Part shown: piece after piece, positions 18,741 through 27,810 of the stretch
Position numbering within the stretch: position 1 is the stretch's first letter
Layout: each line of letters begins with the position of its first letter
Assembly (NCBI GenBank): GCA_964444705.1
Contig: CAYUHX010000005.1
Location: 1 to 61,770, forward strand
Direction: 5' to 3'
Source: an uncultured Gammaproteobacteria bacterium
GTDB lineage: Bacteria > Patescibacteriota > Patescibacteriia > Magasanikbacterales > GWA2-37-8
DNA: 61,770 bases
Position numbers and translations under genes: made by a program
The notes under the pieces: model-generated
What the model was told of the DNA's origin: nothing
The model's database searches: none
The model's input: the letters and a program-made list of their open reading frames with translations, nothing else

Positions 18741-18755
18741 ATCTCATCAAAAGTT

Positions 18756-18785
18756 AAAAAACCTCCTTATTAAGGAGGTTTTTTG
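18756..18785. terminator. bidirectional rho-independent terminator
   Basis: AAAAA, ACCTCCTT, att, AAGGAGGT, TTTTT. Lies between rpmA (+) and the convergent epimerase gene (-). Confidence 0.75.
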
Positions 18786-19700
18786 TTACATTAAATTTAA
18801 TTCTTGTTTAAGACGCATAATTCCTTCTTGGAGAGAAATAGTTGGTTTCCATCCCAAAAGATTTCGCGCTTTAGTATTGTCGGCATGAGTCATACGCACT
18901 TCTCCAGGCAATTCGGGCACAAACTCAACTCTACCACCCACCAAATGTGCTACTTCATTGACTGTGTGCGGCTCACCACAACCTAGATTAATTACCTCCC
19001 CCCTACCAACAGTTTCTTTTTGCATGGCAAGTTCTAGAGCTGCCACCACATCATCGACATGAGTGTAATCACGAGCCATTGTGCCATCACCACGAATGGT
19101 AAGCGGCTTACCTTCTTTTTTCAGTTTTAAAAAACGACCGATAACAAGAGCATATGCCCCTTCGGGATCAAAATAAGGACCATAAACATTAAAAAAACAA
19201 GTTGAAACCGTTTCTACCCCATATAATTCGGCAAACATACGGCAATAATGTTCACCAATTAATTTATGCAGTGCATATGGACTCAAAGGGTTTTTTTCAA
19301 CCCCATCTTCCTTTACAGGATAGATGGATTGATTACCATATGCAGCTGAAGATGTGGCAAAAATGACTCTTTTAACCTTATTATCTCTGGCAGCGAGGAG
19401 TACTTTAAGTGTACCAGTCACATTTACCTCATGCGTAATTTCTGGATTTGCTACTGAAAAAAGAACCCGTGGTAATGCTGCAAGATGAAAAATACCATCA
19501 ATGCCTTGGCAGGCTGTGCTAAGAGCCGCCATATCTCGTATATCACCTTCAATATATTCAACTCCTTTAATAAATCTTTCGGATATTTTACCATTTGCGT
19601 AGTTGTCATATGACAAAACACGATGACCTTTTTCAAGTAATTTTTTTACTAAATTTGTTCCAATAAAACCTGCCCCTCCCGTAACCAGATATGAAGCCAT
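18786..19700 (-). CDS. NAD-dependent nucleotide-sugar 4-epimerase family SDR (GalE/WbpP-like; substrate unknown)
   Basis: TGGAGFIGTNL, SSAAYG, SPYALHK (YxxxK), RDYTHVDDV. 304 aa. Confidence 0.7.
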   Translation of the reverse strand: MASYLVTGGAGFIGTNLVKKLLEKGHRVLSYDNYANGKISERFIKGVEYIEGDIRDMAALSTACQGIDGIFHLAALPRVLFSVANPEITHEVNVTGTLKVLLAARDNKVKRVIFATSSAAYGNQSIYPVKEDGVEKNPLSPYALHKLIGEHYCRMFAELYGVETVSTCFFNVYGPYFDPEGAYALVIGRFLKLKKEGKPLTIRGDGTMARDYTHVDDVVAALELAMQKETVGRGEVINLGCGEPHTVNEVAHLVGGRVEFVPELPGEVRMTHADNTKARNLLGWKPTISLQEGIMRLKQELNLM

Positions 19701-19722
19701 AAAACTAGGTATTAAAGAAAAT

Positions 19723-21135
19723 CTATACCCTGCTACCTTTAATAAAAGCAGAGCCTACGCTGATGATGTTATATCCTCGTTGTGAAAGTTCATTAAAATC
19801 TGCCTGAAGCAGACGACGCCCATCCATAATGGTGTACGGTGGCTGAACCGTTTTTAAAATGGCTGGAGTAAGCCCTTTAAATTGGGGCCAATCTGTACAT
19901 AAAATAGCAACCTCAGTTCCCAGCAATGCTTCAGTTTCATTTTGAACGTAGTGTATTCGGGTATACAAGTCATTTTTGTCAGTTGCAAAATATTTTTGAC
20001 ACTCTGCCATGGCTGCAGGATCATAGATGTTAATACGAGCAACACCCGCGCCAAGAAGCTGATGAATAATGGCAATTGCTCCCGAATTACGAATATCATT
20101 CGTATTTTGTTTAAATGCAACACCAAGAACTGCTACTACTTTATTTGACCATTGTATACCTGCTTCGGTCTCAGCACGCCCAAAAAAGTGATCACGCTGA
20201 AATACATTAGCTTCTAAAATAGAGCGTATTAATGTCGCATGGGAACCAGCTTGTTCTAATTGATGCGCCAAAGATCCTGCATCTTTAATAAAGCAGCTGC
20301 CACCACAAAACAAACTATCATATAACCCCCAGCTACCAATTCTCGGATCAGTGAGCAAAATTTTTCGTATCTGTTCGTAATTAACACGTGGAAAATATTC
20401 ACACACACGCCCGACCACGTCATAGGCGGTGACCACTCGATTGAAAAGAAGAAAATTTGCTAAAAGCTTGCTACAGGCAGCTTCGTAAGGATTTACCTCT
20501 AAATAAGTAACACTCGTTGAATCATAAAATCGCTGATACACTTTTCTCATAATTGAAAAGTCTTCTTCATTTTCAGCACCTACCACCACTCGATCGGGAT
20601 GGATAGAATTTTCAATGGCTTTTCCCTCAACTAAAAACTCTGGATTGGAAACAATGCCAAAATTTGCAATACCCTGTTTTTCAAATAATTCTTTGGTGTA
20701 ATCTATCATACGGATAGGAACCGTGCTTTTGTTGACGATTACCAGACGGTTGGCACTATTTCCTCCATTGCGAGCTGCCAAGAGTGGACCGATCATCTCC
20801 ACAGCTGCTTCGTAATATGAAAGGTCGGTTTCACCTGAAGCGTCTTTTTTTTCAGGCGTAGGCAGGCACATAAACACCACATCGACCGCCTCTTTGGTAA
20901 AGACTTGAATATCACTCAGCATGCTAGTGAATTTTAGTCGACTACGATTACGAATAAGGAGCTCGCCTAAACCCTGTTCATGGATACAAGATTCAATTAC
21001 CTCTCGATCATCAATCGACAGCTTTTTTACCTTTTCTTCTTCAATATCAAAAACTAATGTCTCATGACCAGAGTCAGCACTTACCGCCGAAGAGCACGCA
21101 CCCACAAAACCTCCTCCAATATAAAGAATTCTCAT
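19723..21135 (-). CDS. ugd: UDP-glucose/UDP-sugar 6-dehydrogenase family
   Basis: GGGFVGACSS Rossmann motif, catalytic GGSCFIKD motif, C-terminal UDP-binding domain. ATGA overlap with the UXS gene upstream. Confidence 0.8.
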   Translation of the reverse strand: MRILYIGGGFVGACSSAVSADSGHETLVFDIEEEKVKKLSIDDREVIESCIHEQGLGELLIRNRSRLKFTSMLSDIQVFTKEAVDVVFMCLPTPEKKDASGETDLSYYEAAVEMIGPLLAARNGGNSANRLVIVNKSTVPIRMIDYTKELFEKQGIANFGIVSNPEFLVEGKAIENSIHPDRVVVGAENEEDFSIMRKVYQRFYDSTSVTYLEVNPYEAACSKLLANFLLFNRVVTAYDVVGRVCEYFPRVNYEQIRKILLTDPRIGSWGLYDSLFCGGSCFIKDAGSLAHQLEQAGSHATLIRSILEANVFQRDHFFGRAETEAGIQWSNKVVAVLGVAFKQNTNDIRNSGAIAIIHQLLGAGVARINIYDPAAMAECQKYFATDKNDLYTRIHYVQNETEALLGTEVAILCTDWPQFKGLTPAILKTVQPPYTIMDGRRLLQADFNELSQRGYNIISVGSAFIKGSRV

Positions 21136-22073
21136 ATTAATTTTTCTTTAAAATAGGCAATTGTTTTTTCAAGCCCAACGCTAAGAGGTGTTTTTGGTAC
21201 CCATTTCAAAACTTCCTTAGCTTTAGAAATATCAGGTCGGCGTTGGAGAGGATCGTCGATTGGTAAAGGATTGTAAACAAGAGAACTCTTCGATCTGGTT
21301 TCGGCAAGCACCCGAACAGCTAGATCATTAATAGTAATTTCTTCAGGATTACCAAGATTGATAGGGCCAGTAACTTCTTTACTTGAAGTCATCATTCGCT
21401 GCAAACCATCAACCAGATCATCAACGTAACAAAAACTTCTCGTCTGCGTGCCCTGACCATAAATAGTAATATCTTGCCCACGAAGCGCTTGTACCACAAA
21501 ATTAGACACCGCTCGACCGTCTTCAATGGCCATGCCTGGGCCGTAGGTATTAAAAATACGCACGACTTTAATAGACACCGCATGAGAACGATAATATTCA
21601 AAAAAAAGTGCTTCAGCACAACGTTTACCTTCATCATAACATGCCCGCGGACCAATACTACTCACGTTGCCACGATAATCTTCTCGTTGCGGAGATATGA
21701 GCGGTTCACCATAAATTTCAGAAGTTGACGTTTGGAGAATCTTTGCCTGCATTTTTTTTGCCAATCCAAGCATGTTGATAACCCCAATAGTGTTTGTTTT
21801 AAGTGTATGAATAGCGTTTTGTTGATAATGCGGCACTGAAGCTGGACACGCTAAGTTGTATATTTCATCTATTTTTTCAGAAAAATAAATCGGCTCAACA
21901 ATATCGTGCTCTACAAAGGAAAACAAAGTGTTTTCTTCTAAGGATTTAAGGGCGGTTTTTGATCCAGTAAAGAGATTATCAAGACAAATGACTTTGTGCC
22001 CCTCTGAAAGCAAGGCTGCGCATAAATGCCGGCCAATAAAACCTGCTCCACCTGTGACAAGAATGGTCTTCAT
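21132..22073 (-). CDS. uxs: UDP-glucuronate decarboxylase (UDP-xylose synthase)
   Basis: TGGAGFIGRHL, DNLFTGSK, IYNLACPASVPHYQ, TSTSEIYG, YDEGKRCAE, VRIFNTYGP. Typical UXS signatures. Confidence 0.85.
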   Translation of the reverse strand: MKTILVTGGAGFIGRHLCAALLSEGHKVICLDNLFTGSKTALKSLEENTLFSFVEHDIVEPIYFSEKIDEIYNLACPASVPHYQQNAIHTLKTNTIGVINMLGLAKKMQAKILQTSTSEIYGEPLISPQREDYRGNVSSIGPRACYDEGKRCAEALFFEYYRSHAVSIKVVRIFNTYGPGMAIEDGRAVSNFVVQALRGQDITIYGQGTQTRSFCYVDDLVDGLQRMMTSSKEVTGPINLGNPEEITINDLAVRVLAETRSKSSLVYNPLPIDDPLQRRPDISKAKEVLKWVPKTPLSVGLEKTIAYFKEKLI

Positions 22074-22128
22074 ACGAGAGTCTACAGCTCAAAAATGTGC
22101 GGTTAGTATATCATTACTTCTTGATTAT

Positions 22129-23091
22129 TCAAGGGCGAACAGCTTGTTTTTTAAAGCGTCGACAAACCCCTGCCGGCCAACCAACCATTTTAGCGACATC
22201 TCCCAAAGCAATGACTGCGGGAATACAGCATAGACCGATAAAACGGAAAAAAAATGGCTTATTTTTGGTAAAAATTAACCAACGACGATAAAATTTTATG
22301 AGATAAAGAACTGCCCCAGCGCCCACAAACAACCCCAACCAAGGGAATTGAAATATAAAAAAAGGGATGAGCAACAAGCCACCGTACACACTATAACGTA
22401 TTAACTGACGAGATAAAAAAAGACCACCTTCCCCATCACCACGGGTGTATTTAAATAATTGAAGAAAATAACTACGCCACGTTTGACGAGGTCGCCAAAA
22501 TACCAACGGTTCACGTACGTGATGTAAAACAATTTTTTTTTCTAAAATGCGCTGATCAAAATAAACATCTTCACCAATAGGGAGCCAATCGGGGTAGCCA
22601 CCTACGTCTTCCCATACTTTTCGGTAAAATGCCACCGATCGACTGGAGGGTAACCAATCGCGTTTAAATTCTGGTGGGGCGGGAGTGGTAGCGGTGGCAA
22701 TTAAAAAGAAGCGCAATGGATCGGTTTCTTCAAGCCAAGGACCGAAAGCAGTGCAGGCCCACATTGTCTCTTTATCTTTTAATGATTGAGATAACCTCTC
22801 AAACCAGCAATGGTCGTAGACACATCCAGCATCCGTTACCACTATTTTTTCTCCCCTCGCCTCACGGATAGCATAATTTCTACCCTGAGGGATAGTTAAA
22901 CCTGGCTGTTGAAATACTCTTAAAAATGAAATATTTTTTGTCTGAAGCAAAAGAAATTCCCACGTACCATCTTTTGAGCCACCATCAACCACCACTATTT
23001 CATCAGGTAACACACTTTGTGCCAGCAAACTGTCAAACCAGCGTTCAATAGCTCGACGTTCATTTAAAATGGTGATGATAAGAGAAATCAT
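22129..23091 (-). CDS. GT2 glycosyltransferase with C-terminal TM helices
   Basis: ISLIITILNE, IVVVDGGSKDGT, VVTDAGC. Two or three hydrophobic helices at the C-terminus. Confidence 0.7.
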   Translation of the reverse strand: MISLIITILNERRAIERWFDSLLAQSVLPDEIVVVDGGSKDGTWEFLLLQTKNISFLRVFQQPGLTIPQGRNYAIREARGEKIVVTDAGCVYDHCWFERLSQSLKDKETMWACTAFGPWLEETDPLRFFLIATATTPAPPEFKRDWLPSSRSVAFYRKVWEDVGGYPDWLPIGEDVYFDQRILEKKIVLHHVREPLVFWRPRQTWRSYFLQLFKYTRGDGEGGLFLSRQLIRYSVYGGLLLIPFFIFQFPWLGLFVGAGAVLYLIKFYRRWLIFTKNKPFFFRFIGLCCIPAVIALGDVAKMVGWPAGVCRRFKKQAVRP

Positions 23092-23975
23092 ACTTTTTCT
23101 CTAAATTGCTTAAGCCAAATACTCAGTCTGCCACCAAACTTTATTTCTGCCAAAATAATATATCGCACAAAACCAGAGTAATGTTTATTTACAAATAAAA
23201 TAAGGCTTTTTAAAAATAGTGCCAATCGCTCTGGACGATATTTACCTCTAAAACTCCCGCCATATACATGCATGAGCGGTGTAGTTGGCGCAACCACACA
23301 TTTCCAGCCTCGTGCGCGCAAACGCCAACACAAATCAGTTTCTTCAAAATACATAAAATAGTCTTCACTCAAAAAGCCTACTTCTTCTAATGCGGCACGA
23401 CGAAGTAAAAGAGCCGCACCAGTAACATACTCCACTTCTTTACCATCTGAAGGAATTTGCTGAGGGTAAAGGGCAAGTGAATGAAATTTTCTTTTTATGC
23501 TACTCGGCAAAAAATACCAGATTGGAAAAAGATACAAAAAAACATTTAATGGTCGAGGAAAATAACCTCCCACCGACTGCCATTTACCATCGGGGTACAC
23601 AAGCATTGGGCCACACGCCCCAACAGAAGGGTGTGTTTCCATAAAATTTAATAGCTCTTCAAGAACAGGCGGGGCAGTTTCGGTGTCGCTATTAAGTAAC
23701 CACACAAACGGTGTGGTGGAACGACGTACACCTTGATTATTCGCTTTTGCAAACCCTACATTTTCTTTGTTTTCAATTAAAATAACGTCAGGAAAATTTT
23801 TTTTCACCATCGTACCACTTCCGTCGATTGAGGCATTGTCTACGACTATTATTTCACGAGGAGTAACCGTAGAAGCTGAGAGTGCAACCAAAGTTCGTTG
23901 CAACAAATCAACCGTGTTGAAGCTAACAATAATCACCGTTACTGCAGTTTTATTTCCTCCGTTCATATAAATCAA
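23088..23975 (-). CDS. GT2 glycosyltransferase, WbbL/RfbF-like
   Basis: TVIIVSFNT, IIVVDNASIDGS, GFAKANNQG, LLNSDTE, MYFEETDLCWRL. Confidence 0.75.
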   Translation of the reverse strand: MIYMNGGNKTAVTVIIVSFNTVDLLQRTLVALSASTVTPREIIVVDNASIDGSGTMVKKNFPDVILIENKENVGFAKANNQGVRRSTTPFVWLLNSDTETAPPVLEELLNFMETHPSVGACGPMLVYPDGKWQSVGGYFPRPLNVFLYLFPIWYFLPSSIKRKFHSLALYPQQIPSDGKEVEYVTGAALLLRRAALEEVGFLSEDYFMYFEETDLCWRLRARGWKCVVAPTTPLMHVYGGSFRGKYRPERLALFLKSLILFVNKHYSGFVRYIILAEIKFGGRLSIWLKQFREKV

Positions 23976-25449
23976 ACTTCACCTTGAAAAAACCGATAGT
24001 TTTACGATACACAAAATCACGCTCGATAAGTGCACGGATTTTTTTCTCTGGATCTTTTTGCCATTCTAAAAATTGTGAATACCAAATGTACTCACGACCA
24101 TTAAGTGCCGTCTTTAAATACTCCGCAATGACCGAATAATCTTCAGGAAGCACACCGACAGGATAGGTGCTTACAACATCGATACGACCACGGCTATAAA
24201 GCGAAAAAGTAGGTGGTGGTTGGTTATATCCAATAAAAACGACAGCATCATTAGGTCGACTTTCGGCCTCAAGCTCTGGTACTACATATTTCCATGGCTC
24301 TCGCGCGTACCATGGATCACATACAAATAAAAGCAAAATGCTTATATGTGCCACCATCAATGCAAAAAGAGCTATGGATTGGAGTCGTTTTTTTTGTTCA
24401 GCCAAGGAAATAACAGCACTGGTTACAATAAGTAAAAAAAATGGAAAAATCTCAGCATAATAACGCGGATCAAAAACTGGAAAACGGATAACAGAAATAA
24501 AAAGTGAAATAGAAAATGGTCCCAGAAATAAAAAAAATACTTTTTCTACCCACACATCTCTTTTACGCTGCTTAAACCAGTAGTAAACAGCACTAAAAAG
24601 CACCGCAAAATACAAGCCAGCATTTAAAATAGTTGGCCAATAGTGATGCAGGTGATTAAGATCAGTAATCGCAACACGACCGCCTGTAAATCCAACAAAC
24701 ACAATAGCCGGAATTTGCCACCACGGGATAGCTAAAAAATGTCCAGGTTTTTCAGCTAAACGGTGTAGTAAAACTGCTCCAATCCAAGGAAGATACGCAA
24801 GGATAATCACCGTCCACGGCGTTAAGAAAGAAAGAATTTTTTTTCTTTGGATAAAAAAGAGATAGCAGGCTTCGGCAATGAGCGAAAAAATAAATGGATA
24901 AAAAAGATAAAGAGCGACAACTGAACTAAGTGTATAACCAATTTTTTGAAATTTTTTGGTAGAAAAAGATGATTCAGATGCTGATAATTCATCAAAATAC
25001 CAAAACCTCACCAAAGCTATGAGAACAACCGCCATGTAAGAACGCACTTCCGTGGCATAGTATAAGGCAAAAGGAGATGACAAAAATAGAACAAAACCAA
25101 CAAGATATGATTTTTTATTTAAAACCGGTGATGAAAATTTCTTTTTTACTACCGCAGCAAAAAGAAAACTACTGAGAACATAAAAGATTATACTCCACGC
25201 ACGATACATAAAAATCGGTGATCCCCACGGCGCCACCAAAGCGTGCAAAAAAAGATTATAGAGCGGTGGATGCAAATCACCCTGAGCAAGTTGCATGATT
25301 TGAGGTATTGAATAATGAGAAAATAAAATTGTAAGACCTTCATCAAGCCACACCGATTGTTGCAAGGATACGTACACCGCTAATACAAAAAAACTAAAAG
25401 CAATTGCATATTGCCAAAAGCGAGTGGTACTAAAAAAACTAAGCTTCAT
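23950..25449 (-). CDS. polytopic GT-C-fold glycosyltransferase (ArnT/PMT, GT39/83-like)
   Basis: 499 aa, more than 10 TM. Acidic first-loop motif SVWLDEG, a soluble C-terminal domain of about 110 aa, and placement directly downstream of a Dpm1-like synthase. Confidence 0.6.
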   Translation of the reverse strand: MKLSFFSTTRFWQYAIAFSFFVLAVYVSLQQSVWLDEGLTILFSHYSIPQIMQLAQGDLHPPLYNLFLHALVAPWGSPIFMYRAWSIIFYVLSSFLFAAVVKKKFSSPVLNKKSYLVGFVLFLSSPFALYYATEVRSYMAVVLIALVRFWYFDELSASESSFSTKKFQKIGYTLSSVVALYLFYPFIFSLIAEACYLFFIQRKKILSFLTPWTVIILAYLPWIGAVLLHRLAEKPGHFLAIPWWQIPAIVFVGFTGGRVAITDLNHLHHYWPTILNAGLYFAVLFSAVYYWFKQRKRDVWVEKVFFLFLGPFSISLFISVIRFPVFDPRYYAEIFPFFLLIVTSAVISLAEQKKRLQSIALFALMVAHISILLLFVCDPWYAREPWKYVVPELEAESRPNDAVVFIGYNQPPPTFSLYSRGRIDVVSTYPVGVLPEDYSVIAEYLKTALNGREYIWYSQFLEWQKDPEKKIRALIERDFVYRKTIGFFKVKFDLYERRK

Positions 25450-25451
25450 AC

Positions 25452-26141
25452 TTAATGCATTAGTTTATACCAAGAATATTCCATCAATTGAGTCATAAAA
25501 AGAAAATATTCTCGATAATTAAGCTTACTCGTACTATATTTACGCATGCGAAAATTAAATGGTATTTCAGCAACCCGCTGATAGGTGCCTTTTACCAAAA
25601 TTTCAAGCAAAATTTTATATCCAGTTGTATTAAGTGATGCTTTCTCAATAACACTGCGACGCAGAAAAAAATAGCCACTTAAAGGATCGTGAACCCCAGT
25701 AAGCTTCTTTGCAAAATAAACCCCTGTAAGTGAAAGAGCTTTTCTCCACCACGCCCACTGTTCGACATGGCTTTCTTTTTCAAAACGACTACCGATCGCA
25801 ATGTCGTAATCACTCAAGGAATTAATGAGCTGATTGAGAATAATCGGATTGTGACTTAGGTCAGCGTCCATCACACCAATAATTTCACGCAACGAGGCAG
25901 CAAATCCTTCACGCACCGCACTTCCTAAACCAAGCTTTCCTGCCCTACTAATGAGACGAACTGGATATCGCGCAGATATTTGCTTTACTACCATCGCAGT
26001 GCCATCTGGAGAATTGTCATCAACAACAATAATTTCTAAATCAATCTTGTGTGTATCAATGACAGAAAAAATTTCTTCAATCAGCAATGGAATGTTTTTT
26101 GCTTCGTTGTAGGTAGGGATAATTAAAGACACCAATTGCAT
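25452..26141 (-). CDS. polyprenyl-phosphate sugar synthase (Dpm1/GtrB/ArnC-like GT2)
   Basis: IIPTYNEAKNI, IIVVDDNSPDGT, GLGSAVREG, VMDADLSH. 229 aa. Confidence 0.8.
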   Translation of the reverse strand: MQLVSLIIPTYNEAKNIPLLIEEIFSVIDTHKIDLEIIVVDDNSPDGTAMVVKQISARYPVRLISRAGKLGLGSAVREGFAASLREIIGVMDADLSHNPIILNQLINSLSDYDIAIGSRFEKESHVEQWAWWRKALSLTGVYFAKKLTGVHDPLSGYFFLRRSVIEKASLNTTGYKILLEILVKGTYQRVAEIPFNFRMRKYSTSKLNYREYFLFMTQLMEYSWYKLMH

Positions 26142-26150
26142 AGAGATTTA

Positions 26151-27806
26151 TTAAGAAGAAGTAGCGACAAAAATAAATTGTACTGCCCACCAATTTGGAA
26201 AACGAAACAACAACTCTCTCCCTACCATTTCTAATCCCACTTTTCTCCCCCACCGCTCAAGGTCACCACGTGGACGCACACGCTCTACCTGCCAACCAGC
26301 AGCAGCAAGAAGAGCGCGGGCAGTTTTTTGAGTATAAAAATGAAGATGGGTTCGATCTAAAATTCCAGCATCTTGCATATCCCAACGACCGCAAAGCAAG
26401 TGTGCTCGCACAGAATAATGCGCTACATTAGGAAGTGAAATTACTAATTTGCCTCCTGGCTTAAGAAACGTTTTAAACGTGCGGAGTACTTGTTCAGGAT
26501 TCAAAAGATGCTCGCACACATCGCCTGCCAAAATGTAATCAAACTTTTCCTCCTTCAAACGACGATCTTTTAATGCTTCCTCAACTGAAGTGGGCACACA
26601 TACCACATAGCCTTTACGCACAGCCTCAGCCGCACCTTGCGCGTGTGGTTCAATACCAAAAACACGACATTTTTTTTGAATAATAAGACTCTCTCCTAGA
26701 TAACCATCAGCAGCTCCCACATCAAGCACTGTACTTTCGGGTGTTATTTCATTAAGCAATAACTGGTGAGTGCCCGTTGGTTCATTCGAGAAAGAATAGG
26801 GAGATACTGAAATTGCAGAAGTTGTCGATAAGAGAGGCTTTTCCGCCACCAGCATAAGTCCTTGACTGTGATCAAGCGAAGTAAAATATTCAACAACTAG
26901 ATTAAGTGGGTTAAGAAAAATATTTACTCCCACTTGAACCAACTTTACCGCACTGAGCCAGTTCGACAGCGCCACCACCATTCGAACAATTACTGATTTT
27001 TCTTTATACTCATTGTTAAACAAAGATGCATAATCTTGAATTGGCCAAATAAGTCCCCAAATTTTTTCTGCAACACTGACTTTAAAACCAGCCCTTTCGA
27101 AACGCGCAACACATGCACTTGGAAGTTCGAGCCCAACATGCCCACCAATCTGCTCAATAAAATATTTTTTAAACAAATCAGGAAAACGATGAGCAAAACG
27201 AAACCAATAATTGCTACTGTCGGTTTCAATAATGTGTATAGTTTTACCACCGGGTTTAAGCACGCGCGACATCTCTTTAATAATTGCATCTTTATCTTGC
27301 TCCCGCACATGACCGAAAAAATCAGAACTTACCACATAATCAAATATGCCATCCGCAAACGGTAAATTAGTTGCCCCGCTTTGCAGCACACATGCATAAC
27401 GGTGCTTCGCAATGGTAAGCGGCTCGAAGGAAAGATCAACTCCAACTACCGAGCCGTACTCGGCAAAATAATCTCGACCAGCACCACAAGCCACGTCTAA
27501 AATCCGCATCCCCTTACCTTGGAGATGTTTTTTAAAAAAACGTTCTCGTCGATAACTGAGACTGATAAATTCTAAAAACTGTTTTAAAATACTTTTTCGA
27601 TTTAACCCCTGCACCCATTTTTGACCATGTGCATCAGTGTAAATGCTGTCGTAATAACTTTTATCTTTTTCCACTACCACTGTTTCATTAACAAATACTC
27701 CGTCTTTTTTTTTAAGCCGAAATAGACACTTTTCACAACGTGCTTCAATTTCATTTTCCCGCAAACGTTCGTGGCAATGTGGACAATACAATAACAGCGA
27801 ATCCAT
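26151..27806 (-). CDS. zinc-ribbon plus two tandem class-I SAM-dependent methyltransferase domains
   Basis: N-terminal CPHC..(13)..CEKC. Motif I copies: RILDVACGAGRD (domain 1) and VLDVGAADGYLG (domain 2). Each is followed by a D/E acidic loop and a post-I motif (LKPGGK.. appears twice). Confidence 0.7.
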   Translation of the reverse strand: MDSLLLYCPHCHERLRENEIEARCEKCLFRLKKKDGVFVNETVVVEKDKSYYDSIYTDAHGQKWVQGLNRKSILKQFLEFISLSYRRERFFKKHLQGKGMRILDVACGAGRDYFAEYGSVVGVDLSFEPLTIAKHRYACVLQSGATNLPFADGIFDYVVSSDFFGHVREQDKDAIIKEMSRVLKPGGKTIHIIETDSSNYWFRFAHRFPDLFKKYFIEQIGGHVGLELPSACVARFERAGFKVSVAEKIWGLIWPIQDYASLFNNEYKEKSVIVRMVVALSNWLSAVKLVQVGVNIFLNPLNLVVEYFTSLDHSQGLMLVAEKPLLSTTSAISVSPYSFSNEPTGTHQLLLNEITPESTVLDVGAADGYLGESLIIQKKCRVFGIEPHAQGAAEAVRKGYVVCVPTSVEEALKDRRLKEEKFDYILAGDVCEHLLNPEQVLRTFKTFLKPGGKLVISLPNVAHYSVRAHLLCGRWDMQDAGILDRTHLHFYTQKTARALLAAAGWQVERVRPRGDLERWGRKVGLEMVGRELLFRFPNWWAVQFIFVATSS

Positions 27807-27810
27807 AAGA

